DNA from: Cystobasidiomycetes sp. EMM_F5
Lineage: Eukaryota
Reading direction: 5' to 3'
Length of the DNA: 64,000 nt
Assembly (NCBI GenBank): GCA_051047955.1
Contig: JBPGPT010000023.1
Coordinates: 186,001-250,000, forward strand
Both the position numbers and the translations under genes were made by a program. The notes beneath the pieces are model-generated. The model searched no databases and had not been told where the DNA came from. It worked only from the letters and a program-made list of their open reading frames with translations. Shown piece by piece: positions 1 to 12,384 of the stretch (position 1 is its first letter; every line of letters begins with the position of its first letter).

Positions 1-1320
1 GGGTGAAGAGAAGCAGACGAAGCCGAAGCCACGAGACACACCCTTCTCGTCGCGCATAATCTTGCACGATGAGATGGTGCCGTAGACTTGAAACTCGGCA
101 GTAACCTTCTCCTCGTCCATGTCATCGTCGAGGTTCTTGACATACAAGTTGACGCCCTGATACTTCAAGGTCTTCTCGAACTTTTGCGCGTCGTACGACT
201 TGCGCAGTTCCTCCTCGCGCTCGCCCTTCTTTTGTGCGCGAGTTACGAACAAAGTCTCGTCTTTGAAAGTGGACTCGTGCAGGCTGTTGAGCGCGTTCTT
301 GGCAGCGTCATGATCTTCAAAGTTGACAAAGCCAAACTTGAGTTCCTTGCCATCGATAGTGAAGGTTTGTGGCTGAATGACAGCAGAAGTGACTGTACCG
401 TGCTTCTCGAAGAGAGTCTTGAGCTCTTCCTCGGTTGTGTCGAGCGAGAGGTTCTTGACGTAGAGGTTGGTAAATTTGGATTTGGCATCATCAATCTTTG
501 CCTGGCGCTCCCGCTTGGGAACGTAATGACCGACATAGACGACCTTGTCTGCCAGCATCATGTTGTTTACCTCGGCAATGGCCTTGTCGGCAGCCTCGGT
601 GGTCTCGTAGTGAACGAATCCATATCCGCGAGACTTGCCAGACTCGTCCAGAGCGACTTTGCACGAGACAACGGCGCCAAACTCGGCAAATGTATCATGA
701 AGAGCCTTGTTATCGATTGACTCGTCGAGATTCTTGATGAAGACGTTTCCAGCACCGGTCCTGCGCTGGGATGGATCGCGCTGAGACCACATGATGCGGC
801 ATGGCTTGTTCTTGATGAGGGAGTAATTGAGCGACTCGAGAGCGCGATCAGCTGTAAGTGAAGCAGTCAGTCGTGTTGGTCTGGACAAATCGCAACTTAT
901 ACGAAGTCGCAATAGCGCGCCTTCGTGCACAAACTCACCATCTTGGCTGTTGAGGTAGTTGACATACGCGTAACCGAGCGAACGACGAGTGACGGCATCA
1001 CGGCAGACACGGATGGAGATGACTGTGCCTACCATGCTGAAGATCTCGTACAGCATTGCTTCTGTCACGGTAGGGTCGAGCTCGCCTACGTAGAGGGAAG
1101 TGGATCCGGCTGTTGGCGCGGTGGATGAAGGGGCGGCCGTAGAAGTGGCAGACGATGCGGCGGCGTTGGACGACGACTGCGCATCAGAGGCATTACCAGT
1201 TGTGGCAGCATTGCCGCTGTCGTTGGCTGCTGCACCATTGGTGGTCGTTGAAGAATTTGCTTGCTCATTCGAAGCTGGCGTGTCAGCGGCGGCTGCCTTT
1301 GGCGACGATGGTGCAGACAT
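1..1320 (-). CDS. PAB1: Polyadenylate-binding protein, 5' part (runs off the window start); intron 852-938
   Basis: ATG at 1320; Ala/Ser/Thr-rich N-terminus, then RRM1 SLYVGELDPTVTEAMLYEIFS...IRVCRDAVTRRSLGYAYVNY, PCRIMWSQRDPS and RRM2 GNVFIKNLDESIDNKALHDTFAEFG. Confidence 0.97.
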   Translation of the reverse strand, partial: MSAPSSPKAAAADTPASNEQANSSTTTNGAAANDSGNAATTGNASDAQSSSNAAASSATSTAAPSSTAPTAGSTSLYVGELDPTVTEAMLYEIFSMVGTVISIRVCRDAVTRRSLGYAYVNYLNSQDGEFVHEGALLRLRISCDLSRPTRLTASLTADRALESLNYSLIKNKPCRIMWSQRDPSQRRTGAGNVFIKNLDESIDNKALHDTFAEFGAVVSCKVALDESGKSRGYGFVHYETTEAADKAIAEVNNMMLADKVVYVGHYVPKRERQAKIDDAKSKFTNLYVKNLSLDTTEEELKTLFEKHGTVTSAVIQPQTFTIDGKELKFGFVNFEDHDAAKNALNSLHESTFKDETLFVTRAQKKGEREEELRKSYDAQKFEKTLKYQGVNLYVKNLDDDMDEEKVTAEFQVYGTISSCKIMRDEKGVSRGFGFVCFSSP

Positions 1321-2210
1321 CTGCTCGGATTGAACGTCAGCAGTGTGTATCTACGCGACCCTTGAGCGCAAAGACGCGTGTACACCATCCGCAACGCTCA
1401 GATGGCACCCATCTTCACGTCCCGTTGATTTCTGCACTCAGCGCCTGGACTGGGCCTTTTTTCGACTTACGTTTTGGATTTGAATCTGGAAAACGGGAAG
1501 GGAGTTGGGATTTATCGACGAGGCCTAGCTGAAACAGTCCTAATGAAAGGGTGTCGTCCGCTTTGGAAGGCGAGGCTTGCAGCAGTCTTGAGGGTACGTT
1601 TCAGTGGCCGACTGTGAAGGGCTTATGCAGGTTTTTATAAGGGCGTTTTCCGAAATTTCGAGCTGGGCGGGGCGGCGACGACTCGAGACGGCGTGCAGGT
1701 GTGAGGCTGCTCTGCGTATCTCCTCGCTGGGTTGTGCACTGCAGCTAATTGGGCTTTTGATATGTTTTGCTTGTTTTTTTGGGTTTTTGTGGATTTGGTG
1801 GGAGCAGAAAGCGAGAGCGTGAAATTTGCCCTTTGACCAGAAAATTGGGCAAAATCCCGAGAGCAGCGATATTGACGACGATAAAACGTTAGATGTATCC
1901 GGAAACACGGCTTACACTGATGTGCCGACTCTCGCCCGTCTGGCCTAATTTCTCGCAGTTCAAACAGGCTAATTCGATGCAAAGTTGAAAGAGACTGACT
2001 TTGATGGCTCAAACTGATAACAATGTGCGAGATATGCTAATATCCCTCGCCTCTGTATTCCGAAGGCATATACTCATCGTCGTCCTATGCAAGAGCCTTC
2101 AGGGAATATTACACAAAGTCATCATAGTAAGGCTCGGTATATATATATACGCTTGCCGTGCTACTCGTACAACAACACGAATGGACTTCACCGAATTGAC
2201 TGGTCGTGCC

Positions 2211-3098
2211 TCATCGCCCCAACCTCCCTCGTCCCAAATTCCGCGTAAGCTTCTCCGACCAGCTGCCTGCTCCACCTAGACTGATCTCGGGCAGGCTGCC
2301 CGTAAAGCTTCCAGCTTGTACGCTTGCCGTCTGACTCTTCTTTAGCGAACCGAATAGGCTCGCTATACTGTCTATACTTGTTTCCTGTACGTACCCTCCG
2401 ACGACCATGCAGGATAGGAGTGCATGCACACGCTCGAAATTGAATATGAGGTCCAGTTCACAGACATTCTCGAAACACCGATCTAGTGCTTCCACAAAGA
2501 CCTGTAGAAGTATCGTTGCATCGTTAGCATATCCAGGTTGAAATTACCTATGAGAGGTGGACGATGATTAAACTTGCCTGCAAGGAAGACATTGTAATCA
2601 GCATCCTGATTCTCATATACGAAGCAGATCAGCCTACCTGAATCAAATCCAGTATGCCCAGTTCGCTCTCCGCTTCGTCAACGCAAAATACAAAGTAGAG
2701 GGTCGCATAATGCCGATAGATGATTCGCAAAACTTCATCCGCTTGGCCATCCCGTTGCTTTACTACTTGCTGCGATTCGGCGTAGCCTGCAATGTCGTGC
2801 AGCGGCATTTCGACAAAGTTGCACAAAGCATCAGACCGTTCGCGAACAAGCTCGAAGACGCGCTGCACTTGGGCGAGGCGATACTGAGCTGAGAAGGGAG
2901 TGAAGAATTTAGACAGTCTGCAGAATCAGCGTATTTTTGCGTCAGCAGAACCAGTCAGCTGTGTCATTTTCGATCCGTCATGCCTTGTCTGCGACCGACC
3001 TCGCCTTGCCAGCTTGGTTGACTGTCAACGACAAGGAATCAGCTTGCTGTTGATGCCGGATGAATCACAAGCCTACATATGAGGACGCTGTGAATCAT
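2211..3098 (-). CDS. APS3: AP-3 adaptor complex sigma subunit (spliced; first two exons 22 nt each: 3077-3098, 3000-3021)
   Basis: Spliced MIHSVLIFNQAGKARLSKFF...IIYRHYATLYFVFCVDEAESELGILDLIQVFVEALDRCFENVCELDLIFNF; the ESELGILDLIQVFVE signature is typical of sigma-3. Confidence 0.92.
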
Positions 3099-3263
3099 GG
3101 TGGACGCACAGTCGGTCGGGCAACAACTAATGGTATGACAGCACACAAAGTCGTCATGCGTTGTCCCGACGATGAAGTAGAGCAACAGAATGACTGAAAT
3201 GGGGACATCACAAGAACAACGTGCCCCTATAAATGTGCAGCTACTCTGCTCCAGGATTAGAGC

Positions 3264-5005
3264 CTACTCCACCTTGACTACCTCTTCCTTCTTTGGCGAG
3301 ATGGAAAAGTAGCTGCTCAGAGTATTCTTCTGTACTGCTTGCTCCTTTTTCTGCCTTTTCGTGGGTGGAGCATTTGGGTCCTTCACTCCTATCTCCATAC
3401 CTTTCTCTGCAAACAGCTCGAAATCCGCCTTTTGGATAATGCCTCCGGTTGCTTCTTTGTGACCGCGTGCAAAGTCTTCGCCTACTCGCTCCATAAAGCC
3501 ATCTCCGGTCTATGTCCGTGGCATCAGCTTTATTGTGAATTGATAAGGAATAATGCTGCCGTACCAAATGCCCGTACTCCTTCAGCAGCTCAATCAGATT
3601 AGGTCGCTCATTCTCTGGCAGCTTGCGAAGCTGACTTTTCAAACGACAACTGAAGGATGTAATGTGTGGATCAGGATTGTGCCCTGGGTTCTCGACCATG
3701 ATCATTTGCAGGTTTTTTGCGTTGTTTAAAGTTCCGCTCCAGCGAGTTGCGATAACTGGATGAACTAAATATCGCGCAAATCCTCAGCTCAGGCTGATGA
3801 TCTATATGTGGGCAAATGGCAGCCGATTGACTAACCTTGGTAGCCGCTGTCTATTCTCAGCAGAGCGACTCTTCCATCTTTACTGAACTTCGGAGCCGTG
3901 TGCGTACACCGCTCTACCTCTCTGTTGACTTTGTCTCGGGCATCCTGCAGCACGTTGGATCTTCCAATCTCATCAGGATCGTTTGCTTTGAACAGTACCT
4001 TCCATGCATCTATAACGTTATATTCCGCCGTTCTGCGTGCTGAGGGCAGGCGGTAAGGGATAGTCAGCTTCGTAAAACATGTCATAGAAAGCTATGCGCA
4101 CGAGCATTGATTGCTGAAACGGCAGCATTCAGGCTCTTCTTTCCCATACTCTTCGAAATTTGACCGAGTTCAATCATTTCCGCACTCGCTGGCCATTCCT
4201 TACTGGGATTTCCCCAGTCGATCTCGCTCGGCCCGAGGTCACCAAAGACTCCAAGCAGACAGTACCAGCCAGTCTCTTCTGACAACTTCGGATGCAACGT
4301 GCGGCAGGTAAGGTATGTGAGCAGGGAAGAGGTGGAGATGGGCGGCGAATGGCAGGCCGACAGGACTTGACTCTCCTCCGGCCACGAATCAGACATGTGG
4401 TGATCGATGATGAGTGTGCGCAAGTTTGCGTTGATGGCAGATTGTCGCGCTAGAGGCGGGCCTGGTCTGCTGCCTTGGTCCACAACAATGATCCGCGCTT
4501 CTCGAGTGTCTGAACTCGTCGTTGCTTCGGATAGGTTGTCCACAATGATCTGTTCCAATCTTGTCTGTTCTACAGCACTGAATATGCTGGTACCCTTCTG
4601 CAGCAGATGAACCTTGATGAGGTCATCGGAAAGACCCAGTTGCAACAACGTCTTATAAAGAATCATGCAGGAGGATACTAAAGACCACAAGTTTAGCCTA
4701 TAACAGTGAAGACTCTCATACGGGTGCTCACGCCCATCAGCATCCTTGTCTGGCACCAAAATCGTGAGCCTCTGCTTCTCAGCGCTGTGGTTGCCACCAA
4801 TATCAGCGATACAATATCAGCCCCAGCAGCCTTCCACTCACCATTCTCTGATAAAAGCTCTCGCATTTCGCATTTGATCCTGCGGAGCCGGCCAGTCTTG
4901 CCATTGCCCTTCGCCCAGAACAGCATTGGCCTCCAGCTTGATGCCAGTCCTGGCCTTTTTGGAAGGGTTCGATGTGGATTTCGGAGACGCTGCTCGCTTG
5001 GGCAT
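3264..5005 (-). CDS. DHH-family phosphoesterase (RecJ/NrnA-like) with DHHA1-type C-terminus, multi-exon
   Basis: After splicing: VPDKDADGLSS (motif I), IIVVDQGS (II), LIIDHH (III), LGVFGDLG (IV), TSFSCR and GHKEATGGII (DHHA1-like). Confidence 0.85.
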
Positions 5006-5318
5006 GGCTGAGTGTGCAGCAGATGTATGGAGAGCGATGGCGAATATTGGATGCCGCAAAGACTTGCTCGACGTCGATATCGGCAGCAGGATCAGCGAGC
5101 GCATAGAATGTCGTAAAGCAAGCGGGGCAAGGTCAATGGTGACCAAAGTCTCGTTTCAGTCTACCATGGAGCGTAATCGCATCAATAACAACATAATGAG
5201 AAGCTAAAATGGGAAAGCCTATAGCGGCCGCTTTGCCCTATTGATAGTCTGAATTGCGAAGACTGCGGATACCGTCGGTGTTCAGTGACGTATGCTCCTC
5301 AGCATCATCGAGCCCTGC

Positions 5319-8220
5319 TTAGACGAACTGCAGGCAAGCGGTAAGACTAAAGGCAGAATGGATGTAAGCGTAATACAAACTCACATTGAGTATGTCGTAA
5401 AGAGGCGGCAGTAAATCATCCTCATTTCCCGACGTAAAGGTATGATGTTGCCAGCCCTTGAACTCATTTGCATGTCGCTGAACAGCATCCATCGTCCGCT
5501 GCCGGAAAGCTGCCATGTCGAAATCCGGATCCGACTCCGCGTCTCCCGAAGCCGTTGACCTGACCGCAAAACTTTTCCGCGTACGAAGCCGTGTCATCTC
5601 GCCGTCCTCCCACGCATCTATGTGACGGACATCGTCGCTGTCGTCAGCTAATGACGAGCCGCCTTCGTCATCACCAAAGTCGAGCTCGTCTTCGCCTTCC
5701 GCGCTTGTAGTAAACCAGCGCATATTGACAGGATCAAATACCATATCACCCACGATTCGCACGCCTCCTAGCTGCGGTGTCGCGCCTTTAGGCATAGCTG
5801 GATGCTTCGCTAGCAAAGCCGCTGCCATCGTTGCCGCAGCAGAGGGTGCTGGTGTCTGCCCTTTGCTGGCAAGGACCGTCGACAGTGGAGACCTGGCAAG
5901 GCCTGGTCGCTGAGGTATTGGACTGATGACAGGCGAGATCAATGCAGGCCTGGAAGACGACGCGAGCACATTATCAAATTCTCTGAGGTCGGCTTCATTG
6001 CCTTCCCAGGTCATCGACGTCGGATTCCACTTCATCTCGCCTTGCACTGTCGAGAAATTTCAGAATACGTACACGGAAAAAGTTGGCGGAAAGCTTCTGC
6101 TTACCCTTGGCTAAACCTGCACTGCTAAGGCCTTGTATCAATTGCAATTTTGGCTTTCTCTTTTCGGTAGGTACCGCAGAGCTAGTATTAGGAGGCTTCC
6201 GATTGTCGATCGAAACTCCGCTCGGCCCAGCTCGAATAGGGACGGCGCGCTTCTGAGCAATTGCAAGTCTGCTCGGTGCGCTTTCCACCCGCTCCCTCCG
6301 CGGCTGTTGTTGCTGTGCGACCGGAATCACACTGACAAGAGCTTTTCCTGCTGAAGCTGAAGCAGTGCTGCTTTGTCTCCGGCGAGGAGCCTTGATCAGC
6401 TTCCTCTCCTGCTCTTCATTCACAGGGAGATCATCAAAGCCTGCCAATTCCAACCCATCGCCAAAACTGGTCCGAGGCTTGACTGAGCCGAGACCTTGCG
6501 GGATGCTCTGGCTTCGTATGACAGCCAGATTAGCAATGCTAGCAGCGCTGTTAGATGGACTAAGCACCGGTCGACCCAGTGCAGCTGAAGAGCGACCCGA
6601 AGGATCCGCTGCAGCCCTAGTTTTGGCAAGTGATGAGAGCGTAGGCTGCATCAAGCGCGAAATTCCGCTTGACGGTCCCGATGATTGCGAGCCCGTTGGT
6701 GTTGCCGGACGCGAATAACTAGAGATGGTGGAGATGAGTCTGAGACGGGTACTCGGCTTTGCCTGTAGCGTCATTGACGAAGGCGAATCCTCGTTTGCTG
6801 AGGATCGTCGAGCAAGAGAAGATCTCGTGGGATTGGAGTATGATGGCGAAGCAGGTCTGGAAAGCATTTGAGAGCTCTCTTTCGCTACGTTCATGAGTAA
6901 AGCTGAACTTTTCCGTCTGAGGACAGCGCGGGGCGTGGGAGCATTGCTCGAAAGTGGACCGGTTGCAAACTGCTTGTGTAATAGCCTGGATTCATTCCCC
7001 GCATCCTCGCTGATCTCAGCAACACCTTTAGAGCTCGAAGGGCGTATGAGCCGTCGAAGGCCTGCACCACCCGCGACTTGTTTGTCCGATGCCGAACTAT
7101 CGATGCGGTGACGCTGCTTCGGCTGTGCTATAGCACCTTTCGATGCAGCCGAAGATAAAGTGTTCATCGACAAGCTGCGCTTCTTGGCCATGACTTTTGC
7201 TAAACGTAATGGGCTGAAGTCGGCGGCGGCGTCGGTAATCACTAAATCATCTTCAAAACTATCGTTAGATCGGTCTGTGATGCTGGCTGGAATGGCCGGT
7301 GTGGATGCACCGGATACAAGCGTGGTTCCGGCCGTCATACGCACAGGAACTGCTAGTACATTGTAACTGGCCGCTGTTGTAGTTATCCTGGCCGCCATTC
7401 TCTGCTTGAGTAGCTGCTTCAAGCTTGTGATTGGGGTAGCTTGAGGTACTATTTGTGATACGTGTGACGAGGGCGGCATGATCAGATCGTCAAAGAGACC
7501 ATCGCCCTCCTCCTCGCTGAATGATGATAGCTTGTCCGTTATATCGTCAATGGCCGGCGTGGAGTGGGCGGCAGAGCCTTGCTGCATTTCGATAATGCTG
7601 CCTTTCCCGGCCAGCAAACCTGATTTATTGGCAGAAATTACAGGTATTGCTGCAAAGTCGTCACCCCAGTCGTCCGCGTCATCGTCACGGGTTGACAATT
7701 GCTGTCCAAGATTGTCCGGCATCACATGTTTCGCGAGTAATAGAGATGCGGATTTGGCTGCAGAAGCATCCAGTTTTGACTGTGCTAGCTGCTGTGCGAA
7801 ATCTGCTGGCAGCTGGTTGGCTCGTATAGTATTGCTGCGAGCGTCGTTATCGGAATCGTCATCGAGGTCATCCCGCTGGCCTATTGACATTGACGACGTG
7901 TCGGGCGCAACACGGCCAACACTACTCGCGTGCACTGCTCCATCGGTGTCACTAGCTTCACTGTCGAAAACGAACGATGAGCTGGCCGTGACTGATGATC
8001 TTGCATCGACATCCTCTGAGCTGTGCGACTGAGTTGACCGACGGGACGCCGAACGGCCGTCACAGTCCTGGTGCTTGCGCCTAGATAGAGACAGGCGACC
8101 ACTGCCTAGGTCGAAGTCGCCGTCGTCGTTCCAGTCATTGCTCGACGTCGACTCCTTCCATTTCGTCAGGATATCCTCTGACGGTGTTGCGACTGTTCTG
8201 AGACTGTGAGTTGTTGGCAT
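5319..8220 (-). CDS. Byr4/Bfa1-like septation-initiation/mitotic-exit GAP scaffold
   Basis: Long Ser-rich disordered ORF (5995-8220) with GDGLELAGFDDLP, spliced to MKWNPTSMTWEGNEADLREFD...SRPALI, motifs I recognise from fungal Byr4/Bfa1. Confidence 0.75.
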
Positions 8221-9007
8221 GGTGTAGGCTGACAGTCCAGTGACGGTGATGGCAGCAGTCAGATGTAGTGACCAGTCAAGTCATGCTGCAGCGGCTCCAT
8301 GCCTGAACGGTTGGCTGGCAAGAAGTCCCGCCGCTGTTTACGCCCTGAAAAGCCATCCTGATCCTTGCGTATATAAATCCGAAGAAGCTGAAGTCAATAC
8401 TGAATTTGAGCATCTCCGTTTGATGGTCATTGCAGATTCAGCTACACATGTTGCCGCAGTCCGTTGTCTAGAAGGTCTGTGCGCCTACTTTGCAGAAAGA
8501 TCCCAGCCTCCACTTTACGCGACTACTTTCAATGTTCTCCACAATCCCGTCATAATTGCGAAGACTTAGAGCTTCTGTGGGCCTGCACACAGCATAAGCA
8601 AGGGCCCCGTTGCGGGTGTCTTATGCTCCTTAGCAAAGAGCAGTGATCTCTTTTTTTTTTGCGCTGATTGGGTGCTCGCCCTCGCGCCGTGAGTAGCGGA
8701 TGCAGCTGCGGTAAACATAGCTGGACCCTCGCTCTTCAGCTACAAGCGTTGACCGCTAGCTTATTGGCATCCGCGCTGATGCTGCTGCATGTTTTCAACA
8801 TAGGGCTAATTTACTCGGTAACGTCATGGCATCGAGCCCGCGGCTGCAGTAGCATGATCTGCGCTCGTTGTTTGTATCCGGCAAACACAAATGGGAGAAT
8901 AGTGCAATGGCGGCTCACATGCTTACCGGTATTGAAAGCTGCTGTTTCCTCTTCTCTAGCTCCTCTGCCTTCCTTTTCCGAATACACTCGTCGTGTCCAC
9001 TGAGGAG

Positions 9008-10555
9008 ATGCTAACACAGATCTTACTTGCTCTCGGCGCTGCTTCTGGGGTTCTAGGAGTTCCTTCATTGCTTGAAACTCGTAACAACGTAACGAGTGGA
9101 GGCTACGGAAGTTATGGCAATGCAGGCTACAAGACTCGTGTTGGCCCGTCAACAGCGCAATGCACGCAGCAATACTACGATGTGACTGTCACGTCCCAGA
9201 ACACCATCTTCACAAATGTCGCAAGTAACGCCAACGAGGTAAGTTCCTTTCTACCATAGACGTATGCCGCTGACATAGTATACGCTCGCGTGACAGACCT
9301 ACTTTACGTCCCTTCTGAGCAAGTTTGTTGCTCAGCTGCCCGCAACAACAGGCGACTTTTCCCAGAACTTCGTTGCATCGTCAAAGGCCGCTGTCACCAA
9401 TACATACAAAATATCCGGAACGTATTGCACACCGCTCAGCGGAGACAAAGACAATGGTGCGATCCAGCTCCTCGTTCATGGGTGAATCTACGGCCTTACC
9501 CCACGCAATTCTCGCAAATACTGATCCATCTGTATGCAGAATTGGCTTTGACTCGTCATACTGGGACTTTGCTGCCACCGGGCAGGATTACTCTTATGTT
9601 TCGGCCGCTGCAAAAGCTGGCCATTCCACCTTCCGTTACGACAGATTAGGTACTGGCTTGTCTCAAAAGCCTGGAGACGCCTACAATGTCGTACAAGGCG
9701 CAACAGACGTTGCGATTCTGAGCGAAATCATTTCCATGCTTCAAAACGGCAAAATTGCGGGCAAAAAATTCACCAAGATTGCGGGTGTTGGACATTCGTA
9801 TGGCTCCGTACAGCTCAATTACATCACTCAGAAACAGCCTAGTGCTCTGAGTACCGTGGTACTAACCGGGTTCTCGGCAAACACAACTTTTGTGCCGATT
9901 TACTTGACTTCAACTGCTTACTCGACCGCATCGCTTGTTGCGCCTGATCGCTTTCCCTCAAGCCAGTTTACCAACGCGTACTTTATCACTCTATCTGCCT
10001 GGACCAATCAACTCAACTTTGCGTACTGGCCATACTATACAAACGAAGCAATCAATCTTGCTCGTGCAACTGAGCAGCCAGTGACTCAAGGAGTGCTCTT
10101 TACGTAAGTCAATCCGCTGCCAATTAGCTTGAGCCCGCCGTTTATACGCAGCATCGTCTCTCAGCTTTGGTTCGTTGCCTGGTCCGGCCGCAAACTTCAA
10201 GGGAAATGTCCATGTAGTCACAGGTTTGTCAATTATACAGGCAAGGATCTGGTGTATCGTAACTGACTACTTTGGTCCACAGGAGACAAGGATTGGATTT
10301 TCTGTGGGCTCAAAGTACGTTTATATGCGCCAAAGGATGTCTAGGCACACTCTTGACCATTGACTTTCTCAGTGTATCGCGGGTGCCCCGGCTGGTTATT
10401 CGTCCATCCCAGCTGTCGTAAAAACCCTTTATCCGTCTGCAGCCAAATTTGATGCATATGTGCCTGCCAACGTCGGTCATGGCATTAATTTCCATGTGCA
10501 GGCGCCACAGGTCTACGCCGAAACTCTCAGCTACCTGAACAGCAACTTCTACTAA
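9008..10555 (+). CDS. Secreted alpha/beta-fold hydrolase, multi-exon
   Basis: Signal peptide MLTQILLALGAASGVLG; QLLVHG|IGFDSSYWD; YDRLGTGLS; nucleophile elbow GHSYGS; C-terminal NVGHGINFH. Confidence 0.85.
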
Positions 10556-10953
10556 TTCAAGGCAAGACTCACTCATATATATAGCATAGTAACAATCGCA
10601 GATGGACGCAACATGCAGAAGTGCTCCACCATCTGCCATCTACCAATTAATTTCAGTAGAGAAAGCTTCGTTGTACGCCGGCGACGAAATACAAAGACTG
10701 GCATTTCAATGAGCAAATGAGCTTGATATGTCATCGAGGCTGCACACGTCCAAAGGTTGTATCGAACAACGGATTAGGTTGAGCCTAATAGAGCTACTAA
10801 GTTTCGGCCGAAAGAATACATAAGCGCGCCCTGCACGCATTGTTCAAGATATCTGCCGTCTGCCAATACCTTTCTCGCTCATCAAGAGTCGTTTGTGTGC
10901 GCGGCACACGTCGTAAAGTTCGTAAAAGCGATTCTATCGCTCAAATAAATGAT

Positions 10954-12384
10954 TTACGATGTCTTCATCATAGCCGTAAATTGCTTCGCATTGGATGGAT
11001 CAGCAGTCAGGCGGAAGTCACCACCCTGTACCAAGCCATACAGCGTCAGTATTGGTGTTTCGCTATTCGCGTTGGCGTATTGGCTTACATCTCGCTGCAT
11101 GTCGTACTCGAACCAATGCACAGCAACAAGGTTTGGTAGAGAATTGCAGGTAGATTGTGACGAGACAACGGTCGCCCACTTCAGCTTGGTGCTGAAGTCT
11201 TTGGTCGAGCCAGTCTCGCCGATATGGAAAGGAAGGCCGTTGGCCTTCGCGTAGGTATCGTGGATGTCCTGGACGTGCGACGCCAGACTGCTATAGTCGC
11301 TGGTGGGGTAGAAATCTACGCCGACTACGTCTACATAGTCCTTTCCTGGCCAATAATTCGCATAGGCTGAAGCAGCGTCCCAAGCGCTCTGTAGCGAGAA
11401 GACGACATTAGCACAATTCGGAGACAAAAGGACGAGGCGTACATTCGGGCACCAGAACATCTTGGCAGTCGGGACAGCCGCCTTGACTGCTGCCGTAACA
11501 ATCTTCCAGCTCGCAATGTAATCAGCAGCAGTGCCGAGATAGAACGCTGATCCATCCCGAGCATCGTCACTATTGGGACTAAAGTACCAATTCTGGCAAA
11601 AGAGGATGCCTTGAGCATGTTTTACAGCTCGCAGTGCAATGCGTCAACGTACCATTTCATGACCAAAACGCAGATAGACCTCAAAGCCAGCATCCGCAAA
11701 GTGCTTGACGACCTTGGCCACTTGTAAAGCCTGCGTATTATCAGATGCAGTCATGCCTTGGAAGCCAAACGTAGGCATGATAGACAGTATTGGGATCGAG
11801 TTTGTGCCCTGCAGATAATCTGTCCAATGCAAGATTTCGGAACCAGTAAAGTATGTGCTTGTATCGCCTTTCTTGTATTTATTGCCGACCATGTGGGCAT
11901 ACCTGTTGTGGTGGATCGAGAGCATCAGCCATTGATATTGTGCGCATACGCTTATGATATGATGAGATGATACATACATGCCAACGTATTTTGCGGGAGT
12001 GCCGACCATTGTGTTGACTTCTTTTGGCTCCATCTTGAGGCCGGTTGTAGTGTATTGGTAGTCACCCGGTAACCAGCCCCAGTATACGCAGTTGCGCTTC
12101 AGCCATGTCCCGCTGTAATTTGAGGAGGACGCGACTGTCGAGTTTCCAGACGACGTGGTAGTGGTCGAAGAGCTGTTGTTGGCGACGAAAGCAGCTTTGA
12201 CAGTTTTACCTGTACTATCACTGGACGCGGCGGAAGAGGTGGATGACCCTGATGAGGACGACTTTGCTTTGCACTTTCTCCGCGCCAAAGAATTTCTGCG
12301 CCCGTGCGCATGGGCCGGTGCATAAAGTTCAGAAGCGGTCGCGGTGGCTATCAAGCCCAAGAGGCACAGGGACGTGGTGAGCAT
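10954..12384 (-). CDS. Secreted glycoside hydrolase family 26 (beta-mannanase/glucanase-like)
   Basis: Signal peptide, Ser/Thr linker, YLRFGHEM|NWY (acid/base Glu), YWPGKDYVDVVGVDFY, PFHIGETG (nucleophile Glu). Confidence 0.88.

Noticed and set aside
88..720. 210-aa plus-strand ORF
   Set aside because: Antisense shadow of the codon-biased PAB1 CDS. Similar shadows occur opposite the fumarate reductase (14149-14817), Snf2 (40167-40751) and RPC5 (59038-59763).
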